In this document: in pieces, positions 1 to 10,663 of the stretch
How positions within the stretch are numbered: position 1 is the stretch's first letter
Layout of the letters: each line of letters begins with the position of its first letter
Assembly: GCA_951828515.1 (NCBI GenBank)
Contig: OX639992.1
Coordinates: 4,304,509 to 4,368,508 of the forward strand
Origin: an uncultured Poribacteria bacterium
GTDB lineage: Bacteria; Poribacteria; WGA-4E; WGA-3G
Reading direction: 5' to 3'
Length of the DNA stretch: 64,000 bases
Translations under genes and position numbers: made by a program
The notes under the pieces: model-generated
What the model saw: only the letters and a program-made list of their open reading frames with translations
Databases searched by the model: none
Told to the model about the DNA's origin: nothing

Positions 1-2
1 AG

Positions 3-71
3 TCTAAGATCGAATTGTTCGCTCGAAAGCGGCACCAAGGCTGGGACGCATGGGGACTCGAAATTCATTAA
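3..71 (+). CDS. C-terminal end of an MT-A70 family adenine methyltransferase (truncated by window edge)
   Basis: Manual translation SKIELFARKRHQGWDAWGLEIH* matches the MT-A70 terminal motif ELFAR...GW..WG.E. Confidence 0.75.
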   Translation, partial: SKIELFARKRHQGWDAWGLEIH

Positions 72-195
72 TAATTATTAACAGACCGGACGCGACGGTT
101 TTGGTTAACCACGATTGAACCGTTGTGTTACGCCGGTCATTCACATCTCTATTTTGCCTAAATCTATTTGAAAGGCATACTATCGAATCGACCTA

Positions 196-3003
196 ATGCA
201 AGGATTATCGCTTAATTTTCGTTCGGAAACGCTTTTCGCGTTAACGGATAAAATCAAATCCAGTATTGAGGGGCGGATGAGTTGGGGGGATACCTTCGGC
301 TTGGGGCTTGGTGTGAAATCGGATAAACATCTGATCGTTTGGACACCAAAAGAAAGCTCAGAAGGCGACATTCTACCCGGTTTTGACTCAGAAGATGGCG
401 AGCTGACAGTGAAAATGCGACCGCGTCCAGGAGCATGGATTTCCTGGATTGACGAGGCAAAGGTCACAGCTGAGACACAGGACGACTATGACCGAGTGCA
501 CAGAAGCATCCAAGAATTGGAGCGGAATGCACGCCAAATCACTGACTTCGCCGATGGCATTGTATCAGATATCGCTATCCAAAACTTGGGAAAATCCCTA
601 ACGCTTGCCGAACTCGCTCAGGATGTTTTGAAAGCACGCTTGACAATACCCAGTACCATCAAAACTGGTGGATATGTGCTCGCAAATATTGAGGATACTG
701 AGGCTGAGGTCATGCCCTCGGCTACTGTTATCATTCCGGAGCAAACCCACATTCATCGCGTTCATCTCAATGAAGATGCTCTGTTTGACCAAATACTCGC
801 GCAGGACTACAATCTGCTCCTTGTGGTCATCAGAACCCATATTAAGCAGTACCCTGACCTGATCGATTTAGGGTACGGTTTAACACTTCACACTCGACTG
901 TCTAATGTCTTTGATGATCAAGAAGCAGAAACATCGGAGACAATTAACGAAGAACTTGATTCCATTCAAGTGCTTGCCACAGCCGCGGTTTACGATCCTC
1001 TTGACCCGGAGACACTGCGGTTCGTGCCTATCGCTTTCAACGCACCCGCTGAGGAAATTGAGACCGCAATTACCGAGAGTTCAAAGAAAATCGAAACGTA
1101 CACGGTGAAAGCCAACCAGAACGCTTATCAACTTATGGCGCAATTCCAACAAGGTGTGGAAACCCGTTTAAGGGCACTTGTTCTTGGACCCGGGCAACGC
1201 GTCCATAATAAGGTATGGGACGATCTGGTGATCCGTGAATTGCGGAATACTATGCTTGCTTTCGCCGAATTCTATGCAGAATATCTTGCCGAGCATTTTG
1301 AGGCATCACTCGCAACTGCGAAAACCGAAGTTCTCAAAGAGAATATTGACCCCATGATAGAATTTTGGCAATTACAGGATAATCAACAGTTAACCCTGAA
1401 TCACCTCATTCAATCCTCATACAAATTGGCGAATCAGGTACTGGATCGAGCCGCCGGGTTGTTTCATGATCTGGTGTTTGAACAGGACTTTATTGAAACC
1501 AAGCTTGTCAAGCAGATGGAGTTCTCAACTTTTGAGAATAACGAACTCTTAAACGAAATTTACTTACCCCAATGGACGCGTGGAACGGTGCGAGAGAAGA
1601 TGGCAGGTATTACCCTGCGCTCGACTTTACATGCGACTCAAGTTGAACGTTTGACGACCATCTGGTTGGAATTACTCGAACTCGCGAATTTCGTGAGTCA
1701 ACGCAAGCAGGATTTTGAAACCGTTATTCAACCCTTAGTCAATCTCCTATTAGCCGTGAAAACAGGGAAACCAACACAGCGCCGAGGGCAGCAGGCACAG
1801 CCACGAGGTGGGAGTACCACCAATTTTGCTGGCTTTGAGATTCCGGATAACACTGTCGAGCAGGTACTCGATCATGTAAAACTGCATCTACCAACTATAA
1901 AGCAGTGGTTGCAAAATATGCCTTCAGCGGTTGACGAGCAACAGCATTACGCGACTTTGTGGGCGTTGGTACTTGATGGTAGACTACGTGAACGGCTCCT
2001 CGCAGATATTCAACCTACCTGTGATATTAATCTGAGTGTCCCCGACCAGACCAAAAGGTTAATCAACCTCATGTTGGGAAGCACACTTATTATTCAAGCT
2101 GAGAAGGACCGCAAGTCATTAGAACGCAACCTGAATCGGGCGGTTATCTCAAAAACCGGACACGAATTGTCAAGCATCACTACAGCAACAATGCTTGCTA
2201 TTCATGGCGATACGCTGCTCGCAATGCTTTACGAGGAATTGCTCGGTTATCATGATACTTTGGCGAAACGGGCAGGGCGGCTCGCGAATGCTCCTCAAAA
2301 AGGAAGGAAACGGAAGCGTGGGCAAGCAGGAAATAGCGGTTCTGCAAACGCTGAGGCGATTGAGGCGGAACAGCAGAAAGTTAAGGAACTCATGGCTTTC
2401 CTCAGACCCTACCGTCCAGAAGAAGTTATCACTACTTTAGCGACTGCCGGTATTGATCCGATCGCTATTAACCTTGAAGAGATTCGGAAACAGCAGGTGC
2501 TCAGTTTCGATGTAAGTGATTTACCAGCGATAGACGAAACATGGCTTGGAGACAGTAAAAGCGTTGAAGATTATCCAAATTTGCGGGTGTTCCTCCTGCA
2601 AAATCAGCTTCCGATATCGACGACTGGTAGGTTGCTTATGAAATTGCGACAGCAATTCCCGGATGAACTTTTCAATCATGTGTTAGGACTCATCCAAGAA
2701 GTTAAAGCACTCCAAGGTGATGATTTTAAGGGCGAGCTACTCAATCAGTTTGTCTCTTATATCTCCGAAAAGGTGTGGCGATGGGAGTTGACGCAGATTA
2801 CGGAAGCCGAACTTCCGCTCTTGTTGAAGGAGAAGGTGCTTGCATCGGCGATTTGCTATGAAAAAGAGGTTGATACCTTGCTCGAATATGTTGAGCGTTA
2901 CGATGAACTGGTATCTACAAAACTGGCGGCAGGTTCAGAAACCGACAACCACCGTCAATATATTGAGGAACAATTTCAGGCAATCGTTGAAACCCTTTTA
3001 TAG
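196..3003 (+). CDS. Large hypothetical protein (935 aa), likely mostly helical, with two basic low-complexity loops
   Basis: Long ORF; no recognisable catalytic motif; QRRGQQAQPRGG and QKGRKRKRGQAG segments. Confidence 0.75.
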   Translation: MQGLSLNFRSETLFALTDKIKSSIEGRMSWGDTFGLGLGVKSDKHLIVWTPKESSEGDILPGFDSEDGELTVKMRPRPGAWISWIDEAKVTAETQDDYDRVHRSIQELERNARQITDFADGIVSDIAIQNLGKSLTLAELAQDVLKARLTIPSTIKTGGYVLANIEDTEAEVMPSATVIIPEQTHIHRVHLNEDALFDQILAQDYNLLLVVIRTHIKQYPDLIDLGYGLTLHTRLSNVFDDQEAETSETINEELDSIQVLATAAVYDPLDPETLRFVPIAFNAPAEEIETAITESSKKIETYTVKANQNAYQLMAQFQQGVETRLRALVLGPGQRVHNKVWDDLVIRELRNTMLAFAEFYAEYLAEHFEASLATAKTEVLKENIDPMIEFWQLQDNQQLTLNHLIQSSYKLANQVLDRAAGLFHDLVFEQDFIETKLVKQMEFSTFENNELLNEIYLPQWTRGTVREKMAGITLRSTLHATQVERLTTIWLELLELANFVSQRKQDFETVIQPLVNLLLAVKTGKPTQRRGQQAQPRGGSTTNFAGFEIPDNTVEQVLDHVKLHLPTIKQWLQNMPSAVDEQQHYATLWALVLDGRLRERLLADIQPTCDINLSVPDQTKRLINLMLGSTLIIQAEKDRKSLERNLNRAVISKTGHELSSITTATMLAIHGDTLLAMLYEELLGYHDTLAKRAGRLANAPQKGRKRKRGQAGNSGSANAEAIEAEQQKVKELMAFLRPYRPEEVITTLATAGIDPIAINLEEIRKQQVLSFDVSDLPAIDETWLGDSKSVEDYPNLRVFLLQNQLPISTTGRLLMKLRQQFPDELFNHVLGLIQEVKALQGDDFKGELLNQFVSYISEKVWRWELTQITEAELPLLLKEKVLASAICYEKEVDTLLEYVERYDELVSTKLAAGSETDNHRQYIEEQFQAIVETLL

Positions 3004-3138
3004 TAAAGTAGTTATCAGGTGTCAGCACGGTTTTGCTACGAAAAACCTTTCAGGTGTCGGACAAGAGTGGTTTCTGGAAACTGATAACTATTAAAACTGA
3101 AGACTGAAAACTGGAAACTGATAACTATCAAAATAAAA

Positions 3139-4050
3139 ATGAAAGTAGCTTTATTGGGCAACAGTCAGTTAGCCGTCTCGACTGCCTGGGGCTTGTGTCA
3201 ATCGGAGGCGGCGCGTGAAGTTGCCTTTGTGGCGGATGCAACATCGAATAAGGATAGGTTTGTCCATCCAAAAGAGGGCGCACCTGGGAACCTCCAAGAT
3301 CTCGTCGAAGCGAACGCTTTAAGCGCAAGTGACACCGCGATTTCTGCTTTCGATTCGTTAGAGGGGCTCGCGAATGCAGACGTGGTCGTTCTGTTGCCAC
3401 CGGTGGGTCAATCTATTTTTCGGTCTCCACAAGCCTCGAAGACAACAGGTATCGCGCTCACTCGGAGGTATGTAACCGGAATCGAGCAGTATGCTTCGGA
3501 TGCCAAGATACTGGTAGCAATATCCCCGACGAATTACATCTCTGCATGGATACATCAGATGCTTGACGGAGGACAGATTATTGGGCTTGGAAACGGAGCG
3601 GCTACGGCACACTTAGCCTCCGAAATTGCGAAGCGTGTCGATGTGTCTGTGAAAGACGTGATGGCTCTGGCGATCGGGAGTGACCAAGAAACGTACCCGC
3701 TTCCACAGTACTGCCGAGTGAACGGTATTCCACTCAATCAACTGATATCCGAAACTGACGTCGAGGGTCTCTGTGAAGCCGTTACGCAGCGTTCCCCGTA
3801 TGCCATAAGCGGCGAATGGACATTGGTCAGTCATATTTTACAGGTCGTTTCAGCGATCGCGCTTGATAAGAAACGAGTGATGAGTGTCGGTACACGTGTC
3901 TCGGCTGGAACAACATCGGTATATCTGAATGTTCCCGCACAGATCGGATACGATGGGGTCGCTTCTATTGTCCCACTTGAATTGACTGAGCAACAAAGCG
4001 ATCAGTTTAGAAAATTGGTCGGGCAAAGTGCCGCAGACCAAATTCTATAG
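3139..4050 (+). CDS. Lactate/malate dehydrogenase-fold protein with degenerate active site
   Basis: MKVALLG start, ADVVV, 'V.ALAIG', 'LNVPAQIGYDGV..IVPLELT' LDH/MDH-like C-terminus; canonical GxGxxG and catalytic His absent. Confidence 0.7.
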   Translation: MKVALLGNSQLAVSTAWGLCQSEAAREVAFVADATSNKDRFVHPKEGAPGNLQDLVEANALSASDTAISAFDSLEGLANADVVVLLPPVGQSIFRSPQASKTTGIALTRRYVTGIEQYASDAKILVAISPTNYISAWIHQMLDGGQIIGLGNGAATAHLASEIAKRVDVSVKDVMALAIGSDQETYPLPQYCRVNGIPLNQLISETDVEGLCEAVTQRSPYAISGEWTLVSHILQVVSAIALDKKRVMSVGTRVSAGTTSVYLNVPAQIGYDGVASIVPLELTEQQSDQFRKLVGQSAADQIL

Positions 4051-4174
4051 AAGTTTCATCGAACGGCTATCGGTCTCTATCGGCAGTCGTCGGAAGGAAA
4101 CACCCAAGTAAAAACACGCTACTTTATCAGAATACCTCTTTACTAACGACTGAAAACCGACAACCATTAAAAAA

Positions 4175-5281
4175 ATGAGAGAAATATACCAAAAAATTCC
4201 AGAACTAATTGAGTCCGCTCAAGTCGGGGCATACTGCACTGTTGTCGAGACGAAAGGCTCAACCCCACAAAAGCCCGGTTCAAAACTCTTGATTCTCCCA
4301 GATTTGCGGAATATTGGAACTCTCGGTGGTGGTTGTGTTGAAGCCGAAGCGCGGCGACAGGCGATCGGGTTGATGCAAGACGGTGTGCCGAGGCTGCTTG
4401 AGTTTCAATTGGATAGCGATTACGGATGGGACGATGGACTCATCTGCGGCGGGAATATGAAAATCTTTATCGATTTGCCAAGAACCCCCGCCGAAGCCGA
4501 GATGTTTGAGAGACTTCAAACGTTGAACGCCGAGAAAATTCCGCTCGTCTGTGCAACGGTTGTGGCGAGTGAAAAGCAGGGCATTGATGTTGGCATGAAG
4601 ATGATCTTTGCGAACACCGGTGAACATATCGGCACGTTAGGGGATCCGGCTTTGGAAGCGGCTGTGGAAGAGGAGACTGCAAAGGTACTTGCGCGGAACA
4701 GTGCTGGCTTGTTTCGGGAGAACGAAACGGCTTCTGTCTTCTTGGAACCGCTACAACCGAGACCGACGTTGCTTATCGCAGGGGCAGGACATGTCGGTCA
4801 AGCACTCTGTCATCTTGGGAACTGGTTAGATTTCGACGTTGTGATTGTTGACGACCGCGCCGACTTTGCTTCCGCTGAGCGGTTGCCGGAGGCACACAAG
4901 ATTATCATCGGCGATATCGAAACGGAACTCCGAAACTATCCGATTACCCCACTAACGTATGTTGTGATTGTCACCCGTGGACATCAACACGATGAATCGG
5001 CACTCCATAGTGTTGTTGAATCGAATGCCGGTTACATCGGCTTAATCGGCAGCCGCCGCAAGATTAAACTGATATTTGATGATTTGCTGGAGGCGGGGAT
5101 TTCCAAGGATAAACTTCAGCGAGTTTACGCACCCATCGGACTCGATATTAACTCGAAAACAGTCCCAGAGATCGCAGTCAGCATCGCATCGCAACTCGTC
5201 CAGATACGCAACGCTGCTGACACTCTTGACACCTTTAACGCACAGCCTGCACGAATGCCTACCGTTAAAATAGCGGGGTGA
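4175..5281 (+). CDS. xdhC: XdhC/CoxI family molybdoenzyme maturation factor
   Basis: GSTPQKPG, GTLGGGCVEA, GLICGG, GAGHVG, VTRGHQHD, YIGLIGSRRK, APIGLDI...PEIAVSI. Confidence 0.9.
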   Translation: MREIYQKIPELIESAQVGAYCTVVETKGSTPQKPGSKLLILPDLRNIGTLGGGCVEAEARRQAIGLMQDGVPRLLEFQLDSDYGWDDGLICGGNMKIFIDLPRTPAEAEMFERLQTLNAEKIPLVCATVVASEKQGIDVGMKMIFANTGEHIGTLGDPALEAAVEEETAKVLARNSAGLFRENETASVFLEPLQPRPTLLIAGAGHVGQALCHLGNWLDFDVVIVDDRADFASAERLPEAHKIIIGDIETELRNYPITPLTYVVIVTRGHQHDESALHSVVESNAGYIGLIGSRRKIKLIFDDLLEAGISKDKLQRVYAPIGLDINSKTVPEIAVSIASQLVQIRNAADTLDTFNAQPARMPTVKIAG

Positions 5282-5287
5282 TAATAG

Positions 5288-5638
5288 ATGAACGATATCC
5301 AGATAACAGAGGACAAAACCTATACGCTTTCAGAAGTTATAGACTTTGTAAAACAGACGTTAGACCGTGTTAGTGAAAAGTCTACCCACGACCCACTGCG
5401 ATATTCGTCCACCGATGTTTATTGGTTACTACACGACATGCTTCGGTATGTGAACAGGAATATCCCAGGTGAATTTATCCTGTTGCAGACCCAGAAAGGG
5501 ATTTACCGAGTGACGTATGCGGCTGAAGATTCTGTGAAACAGAAGTCGAGTCGAAAACTCAATGCGGAGGTAAACCGCACCGCCCGTTATCTTGAAGAAT
5601 TGACCGGCAGGAAGCCATCATGGGGCGAAAAAGAGTAG
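5288..5638 (+). CDS. Hypothetical protein (116 aa)
   Basis: ORF directly downstream of xdhC, same strand. Confidence 0.6.
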   Translation: MNDIQITEDKTYTLSEVIDFVKQTLDRVSEKSTHDPLRYSSTDVYWLLHDMLRYVNRNIPGEFILLQTQKGIYRVTYAAEDSVKQKSSRKLNAEVNRTARYLEELTGRKPSWGEKE

Positions 5639-5893
5639 CCATTCGTTTCCCCGCACGCCTTAAAAGTAGCAGGCACACTCCGTGTGCCGTATAACCAACT
5701 TACTTAGAAGTAGCAGGCACCCTCCGTGGGTTCTCCGTAACCAACTCACCAGAACCCGGTAGATGCGGTTTCCCAACCGCACCGGATTTTCCTCATCATC
5801 TTTTCATAAGTTATTGTTCTATTGCTTTCCCTTCTTAGCCCCATAGGGGTGACATCTGAGAAGCATAAATTCCCAAATATAACTTGATTTCCC

Positions 5894-5922
5894 TTGACGT
5901 TCGCTATCAAATATTCTATTAT
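5894..5922 (+). promoter_or_regulatory. Sigma70-type promoter TTGACG-17-TATTAT
   Basis: Consensus match upstream of the 5985 ORF. Confidence 0.55.
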
Positions 5923-5984
5923 TTTAACAAGCGTTTACTATAATGAGTCTATTCATGGTCCCAGCGGGACAAAAGGGGCAGTTC

Positions 5985-6746
5985 ATGGAAGTCATAAATT
6001 GGCTAAATACAAATGATGGTGCTATAATTGGAGTTGCCACGCTTTTTCTCATGGGCATTACTGCTTATTATGCTTATCTGACGCGGCAACTGCTGAAAGC
6101 TAACGATACACCTGAAATTGCAATTTCCTTACGTCCTCACGAAATATCTATTAATCTTGTAATGCTATGTATAGAGAATGTAGGGACCGGAGCAGCCCAT
6201 AATGTGAAGTTCACAACAGATCCCGCTTCTGTTCCAAGTCTTGACATACCATTTGAGAAGATTGGTTTTCTTAAGAGTGGAATTCGCTATTTTGAATCTG
6301 GACGGAAGATTGAACAGTTTCTGGTAAATGTGATAGGTAAGTTTGATGAACTAAAGCAAACGCAGATTAAGATCACTGTTACATATAAGGATTCAACTGA
6401 ACACAAACGTGAACAGATTTTTCACTTGGATTTTAGCGAAGGTGTAGGCTTCTCACAAATTGGCAGCCCTCCACTTTACGAGATAGCCAAGGCTACAAAA
6501 GAAATCCAAAAAGATTTAAACCGTATTATCACTGGCGTTCATAAACCTATAATTCTTACAGAACCGCTGTCTAAGCATCACCTCGGACAGCGTGCCGATT
6601 TTCTGGAAAGACGAATAGAACAACTCCCAAAAGAAGTTCAACAAGAAGTTTTACAGGAAGTGAACGTTTTTATCAGCAAACGGGAGCAAGAGGTTGTGAA
6701 AAAAGAGCAAGATGAGAAAACGGACCTGGACGCAGATTTATCATGA
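5985..6746 (+). CDS. Hypothetical membrane-anchored protein
   Basis: N-terminal TM (AIIGVATLFLMGITAYYAYL); RBS AAGGGG before ATG 5985; AT-rich. Confidence 0.7.
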   Translation: MEVINWLNTNDGAIIGVATLFLMGITAYYAYLTRQLLKANDTPEIAISLRPHEISINLVMLCIENVGTGAAHNVKFTTDPASVPSLDIPFEKIGFLKSGIRYFESGRKIEQFLVNVIGKFDELKQTQIKITVTYKDSTEHKREQIFHLDFSEGVGFSQIGSPPLYEIAKATKEIQKDLNRIITGVHKPIILTEPLSKHHLGQRADFLERRIEQLPKEVQQEVLQEVNVFISKREQEVVKKEQDEKTDLDADLS

Positions 6747-6762
6747 GAAGGAGATAAAATAA

Positions 6763-6993
6763 GTGATAATTCCAGTTCATATCTATCCAAATGAGCGTTT
6801 GATTCTGGAAATCCCTGACGATATCGACGGAGACTTAGCAGATAACAATCAGCGATTATCACATGAGGAATTTGAAGCCGCATTACAGAGATTAGCCGAC
6901 CTATCTATGAAATTTGACAGGCCGGATGCCCAGCCATTATCTGATTACGCGATGAGTCGCGAAAGCATATATGAAAATCATCCAAAATTATGA
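6763..6993 (+). CDS. Putative antitoxin of PIN toxin
   Basis: Small acidic ORF with C-terminal LSDYAMSRESIY motif; stop overlaps toxin ATG. Confidence 0.7.
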   Translation: MIIPVHIYPNERLILEIPDDIDGDLADNNQRLSHEEFEAALQRLADLSMKFDRPDAQPLSDYAMSRESIYENHPKL

Positions 6994-7433
6994 TTTATCT
7001 GACGGATACCAACGTCTTGTTGCGATTTTCACATCATGCGGATCCAAGTTATCAAATCGCTCAGAATGTGGTGCGTAAATTAGAGGCAGAAGGTCATCAA
7101 CTGCAGACTACATTGCAAAATCTGGCAGAATTTTGGAACGTTTCAACTCGGCCTGCAAATCTAAATGGTTTTGGACGCACTCTACTTGAAACAAACCTAC
7201 TCTTGCAAGAATTGGAACTACTTTTTCCTATGCTGCCGGATTCGCCGACTGTGTACCGCGTATGGAGACGGCTTGTTGTGAATTATGATGTGTCAGGTGT
7301 TCAAGTTCACGATGCACGCTTGGTTGCGACAATGATTGTTCATGCCGTGACACATATCTTGACTTTCAATACAGCAGACTTTAATCGTTACACACCCGAA
7401 GGAATTATTGCTGTTGATCCAGCAACTGTTTAG
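6990..7433 (+). CDS. PIN-domain (VapC-like) toxin
   Basis: YLTDTNVL, QNLAEFWNV.TRP, HDARLVA, ILTFN..DF. Confidence 0.9.
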   Translation: MIYLTDTNVLLRFSHHADPSYQIAQNVVRKLEAEGHQLQTTLQNLAEFWNVSTRPANLNGFGRTLLETNLLLQELELLFPMLPDSPTVYRVWRRLVVNYDVSGVQVHDARLVATMIVHAVTHILTFNTADFNRYTPEGIIAVDPATV

Positions 7434-7509
7434 ATATATTCCTCAGCGAGGAGTGGTGTTTCAAGATTATAGCCAAACTGAATAAAAAATAAATTAAGGA
7501 GAATATTTC

Positions 7510-8406
7510 ATGAACCCAGAACCTAAAGTAACAGTTGAAGATATTGAAGTGTCTGTGGACGCGTTAGATGTCCAGAAGGCGGCAGACATCTTTGAGGAAC
7601 ACGGATGTCTTGTCGTGCGTGGTCTGATGGCACCCTATATTAAGGCATTCCATCAGGACATTGAGGCTGCCGCGGCGGAATCTATATCCTTGCTTGACAA
7701 GGCAGAACGGATTGTCGAAGGATGGCGTACACCGAACGGCACGCTATTCCTGCCAGCACCAGAAGGCTACAAACGCGACAAACAGATCATGGTATTGTCG
7801 GTGGGGTATCAGACGAGTGCGGCGTTTTTCCAATCCGCTCTCGATGAAACGACAGTCAATATCGTGGAAGCGATCTTGGGACCGAACGTGGAGATATTTG
7901 GTAACGGGCAGTGCCTCTATAAGGAACCGGTTGGCGGACATCCGAAGCATCTGCATCAGGATTCTGCCTACTTTGAACACCGTTATCAGGGACCCGTCGG
8001 CATTCTGAGCTACGTTGTGGACACGGACTTGGTAAATGGGGCGTTACACGTCGTGCCGGGTTCACACAAACTTGGACAACTCAAGCATATTGATACGTTC
8101 TCGCATCTCGGTCTCGCAGCGGATGAATGGCCCTGGGAAAGCGCACTCCCCGTTTCTGGCAAAGCCGGTGATTCGATCTTCTTCAACGTCAAGACCGTAC
8201 ACGGTTCCAAGCAGAATATGTCGGATAAACCGCGTCCGATTTTCATCAATCGCTACCGTCGGACAGATGACTATGTCATCATCGGTGGGACAACCACGGC
8301 AAATCGGGCAGAGTCGGAGAAACGTGCCGCCGCCGCTGAGGAAGCGAAGAAATCTAATAGTGATCGAGGTTTGATGTTACGCGGGTTCCGTCCCTTTGAT
8401 TCGTAG
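7510..8406 (+). CDS. Phytanoyl-CoA dioxygenase (PhyH) family Fe(II)/2OG enzyme
   Basis: HQD, VVPGSH, distal H (TVHGS..N), R. Confidence 0.9.
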   Translation: MNPEPKVTVEDIEVSVDALDVQKAADIFEEHGCLVVRGLMAPYIKAFHQDIEAAAAESISLLDKAERIVEGWRTPNGTLFLPAPEGYKRDKQIMVLSVGYQTSAAFFQSALDETTVNIVEAILGPNVEIFGNGQCLYKEPVGGHPKHLHQDSAYFEHRYQGPVGILSYVVDTDLVNGALHVVPGSHKLGQLKHIDTFSHLGLAADEWPWESALPVSGKAGDSIFFNVKTVHGSKQNMSDKPRPIFINRYRRTDDYVIIGGTTTANRAESEKRAAAAEEAKKSNSDRGLMLRGFRPFDS

Positions 8407-8442
8407 AAAAAAAGAGGCACATTGTGCGGATCATACGCCACC

Positions 8443-8859
8443 CTACAACTGATACAGCATCAGATAGATAAGCACGCCTGTTACCGAGACGTATAGCCAG
8501 ATCGGGAAAGTGATCTTTGCGATACGACGGTGTTTCTCGAACCGCTCACGCCACGCCAAATAGAGAGTTCGCAACGCCAACGGCACTATCACGAACGCCA
8601 AAATAATGTGCGAGATCAAGATGGTGAAGTAGACTGGACGAATCCAGCCCTGCTTCGTGAACGGCTTCGACCCGGCATGGTAGTGATAGATAACATAGCA
8701 GACCAGAAACAGCACGGACACACCAAACGCTGTGAGCATACATTTTTTATGTGCCGTGATTTTCCGTTGTCGGATTTTCACATATCCAATTGTCAACAGG
8801 ATACCGCTTATTGTATTCAGCGTCGCATTGACCGTCGGCAGATCTGAGATCTCAAGCAC
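8443..8859 (-). CDS. DUF420 family membrane protein
   Basis: LPTVNATLN, HKKCM, YFTILISHIILA, HRRIAKITFPIWLYVSVTG; GTG start after AAGGGG. Confidence 0.85.
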   Translation of the reverse strand: MLEISDLPTVNATLNTISGILLTIGYVKIRQRKITAHKKCMLTAFGVSVLFLVCYVIYHYHAGSKPFTKQGWIRPVYFTILISHIILAFVIVPLALRTLYLAWRERFEKHRRIAKITFPIWLYVSVTGVLIYLMLYQL

Positions 8860-8873
8860 ATTTTCCCCTTTCG

Positions 8874-9752
8874 CTATCGGGGCCACCGATAGGCTTGTGC
8901 ACCCTTAGAATTCTCTAACGCAAATTCCCACCGTTGACACCACGTTTCATATTGAGTGTTACCGGCTTCTGGGCGCAAACGACTCCGCATCAGAAATCCA
9001 GGATAGTAGGGTCTCCCTGTCGGCTGATAGACATCGTGATAGCGCAGATCGAAACTCCATCGGATGCTCTCCGAGGCATTCGGTTTCGCGCTGTGGAGCG
9101 TGTAGTTGTGGAACAGAATAACGCCGCCTGCTCGGATCGGTAACGGTTTCGGTGTGAGGTTATCGGGTTGATTTTCCGACAGCACCTCCAATCCATTCTC
9201 GCTCCAATCGTGTTTGAGAAGTCCCCTCTTATGACTGCCCGGCATTACCTGTAAACATCCGTTTTCCAATGTCGCATCCACGATCGGAATCCAAACAGTT
9301 AACATGAAGTAGGGATCGGTGTCGGGCCAGCACACGCCTGCGTCCTGATGCCAAGGTGTCGGTCCCCGCTGTGAACGCCGTTTCGGCAGGACTGCTCGGA
9401 TATGTTGGATCGGATTGCAGATGATTTCGGAGCCAACAAAAGACTCGGCGATGTCGAGAACTTTCGGGTTCTTGAGAAAATTAAACGTCGCTTCGCCGCG
9501 TGCCTGCATAATGTCCAGATTCGCAGTTATCTCAGGTGCCTCGTTCGCGAGGTGGAGCAACCGTTCCGTAAAGGACTTATCGGCGTGCGTATCTGCGACT
9601 TTCCCTTCGGCATGCAATTTCTCGGCGCGTTCCGCGATAATTCCCTTATATTCGTCAATGACAGGACCCAGATCGTTTTCATCAAGTGCATCTTCGAGCA
9701 GTAAATATCCGTTGTCGTGAAAGAAGGAAACTTGAGATTCGGTTAAACGCAT
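8874..9752 (-). CDS. PhyH family dioxygenase
   Basis: PWHQD, ENGCLQVMPGSH, TLHSA, RWSFDLRY. Confidence 0.9.
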   Translation of the reverse strand: MRLTESQVSFFHDNGYLLLEDALDENDLGPVIDEYKGIIAERAEKLHAEGKVADTHADKSFTERLLHLANEAPEITANLDIMQARGEATFNFLKNPKVLDIAESFVGSEIICNPIQHIRAVLPKRRSQRGPTPWHQDAGVCWPDTDPYFMLTVWIPIVDATLENGCLQVMPGSHKRGLLKHDWSENGLEVLSENQPDNLTPKPLPIRAGGVILFHNYTLHSAKPNASESIRWSFDLRYHDVYQPTGRPYYPGFLMRSRLRPEAGNTQYETWCQRWEFALENSKGAQAYRWPR

Positions 9753-9826
9753 AATTGCGTCCTCCTTGCGTTGTATTGTAGGGGCAGTCCTTGTGGCTGC
9801 CCTTGTGCCTTACAAACTATATCGCT

Positions 9827-10630
9827 TTATCCCCATCGCTGTTCTGGTGGATCGAAGACAAACCCGTGGAAAAATTTCCGCTGTTCGGGTGAGAGTTCCT
9901 TGTTGTAAAAGTCTTTGGGATACCCCCAATGTTCCTGCGAAGCTATCATCCACGGATGCTCGTAAGCGTAATAGAGCATTTCGCGGCACCCCTCCGATTT
10001 TGTGAAGATGCCAGCGGAATGCCAGACGGCATTATGGAAAAGAATCGCACTTCCCGGCGGGGCACATACTTCAAGGGCACCGGGATATTCGTAAGGGTGC
10101 CGCAGATCTTCATGGTTCGGGTCATACATCGCTGTGTGGCTACCCGGTATGAGCCACAGATTCCCCTGTCCACCTTCTGTCATATCCGTCAGATAATAAC
10201 CGATTTTGAGTTGCAAAAACGGAATCGGACGTAGGTTGCGAAAGCCTTCGTCGTGTCCATCGATATGCCAACCCATCCGACGTTCCATGAGATCCGAAGC
10301 GTGCTCGACAATGGCATCTGAAGCGTGGTGATGGGGCATCTGATTGAGCAGTCCTGTGACATACGGTAGGATCGGTTGCCAATCCAGAAGTTCTAAAAAC
10401 GCTGGATGGTCGCCGAGGATATAGAAGATGCGGGTGCTTTTCTCGCCGTGGATGTGTGTCATTCCGGTTTCGGTTATTCCTTCCTCTTCACGTTCCCGCC
10501 GCTTTTCAATGACTTCAGTGAGAGCACTTCTGAGTGTTCCAACGTGCGAAGAATCAAGAAAATTTTCCAAGACAAGATAACCATTGTTTTCAAAGAAAAA
10601 CTTTTCGGCATTCGTCAGTTCGTGTGGCAT
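9827..10630 (-). CDS. PhyH family dioxygenase
   Basis: FFENNGYLV, WHID, IPGSH, VWHSA. Confidence 0.9.
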   Translation of the reverse strand: MPHELTNAEKFFFENNGYLVLENFLDSSHVGTLRSALTEVIEKRREREEEGITETGMTHIHGEKSTRIFYILGDHPAFLELLDWQPILPYVTGLLNQMPHHHASDAIVEHASDLMERRMGWHIDGHDEGFRNLRPIPFLQLKIGYYLTDMTEGGQGNLWLIPGSHTAMYDPNHEDLRHPYEYPGALEVCAPPGSAILFHNAVWHSAGIFTKSEGCREMLYYAYEHPWMIASQEHWGYPKDFYNKELSPEQRKFFHGFVFDPPEQRWG

Positions 10631-10663
10631 GTCGTAAACCCTCTTTTCTTTCGCATTTTACTA

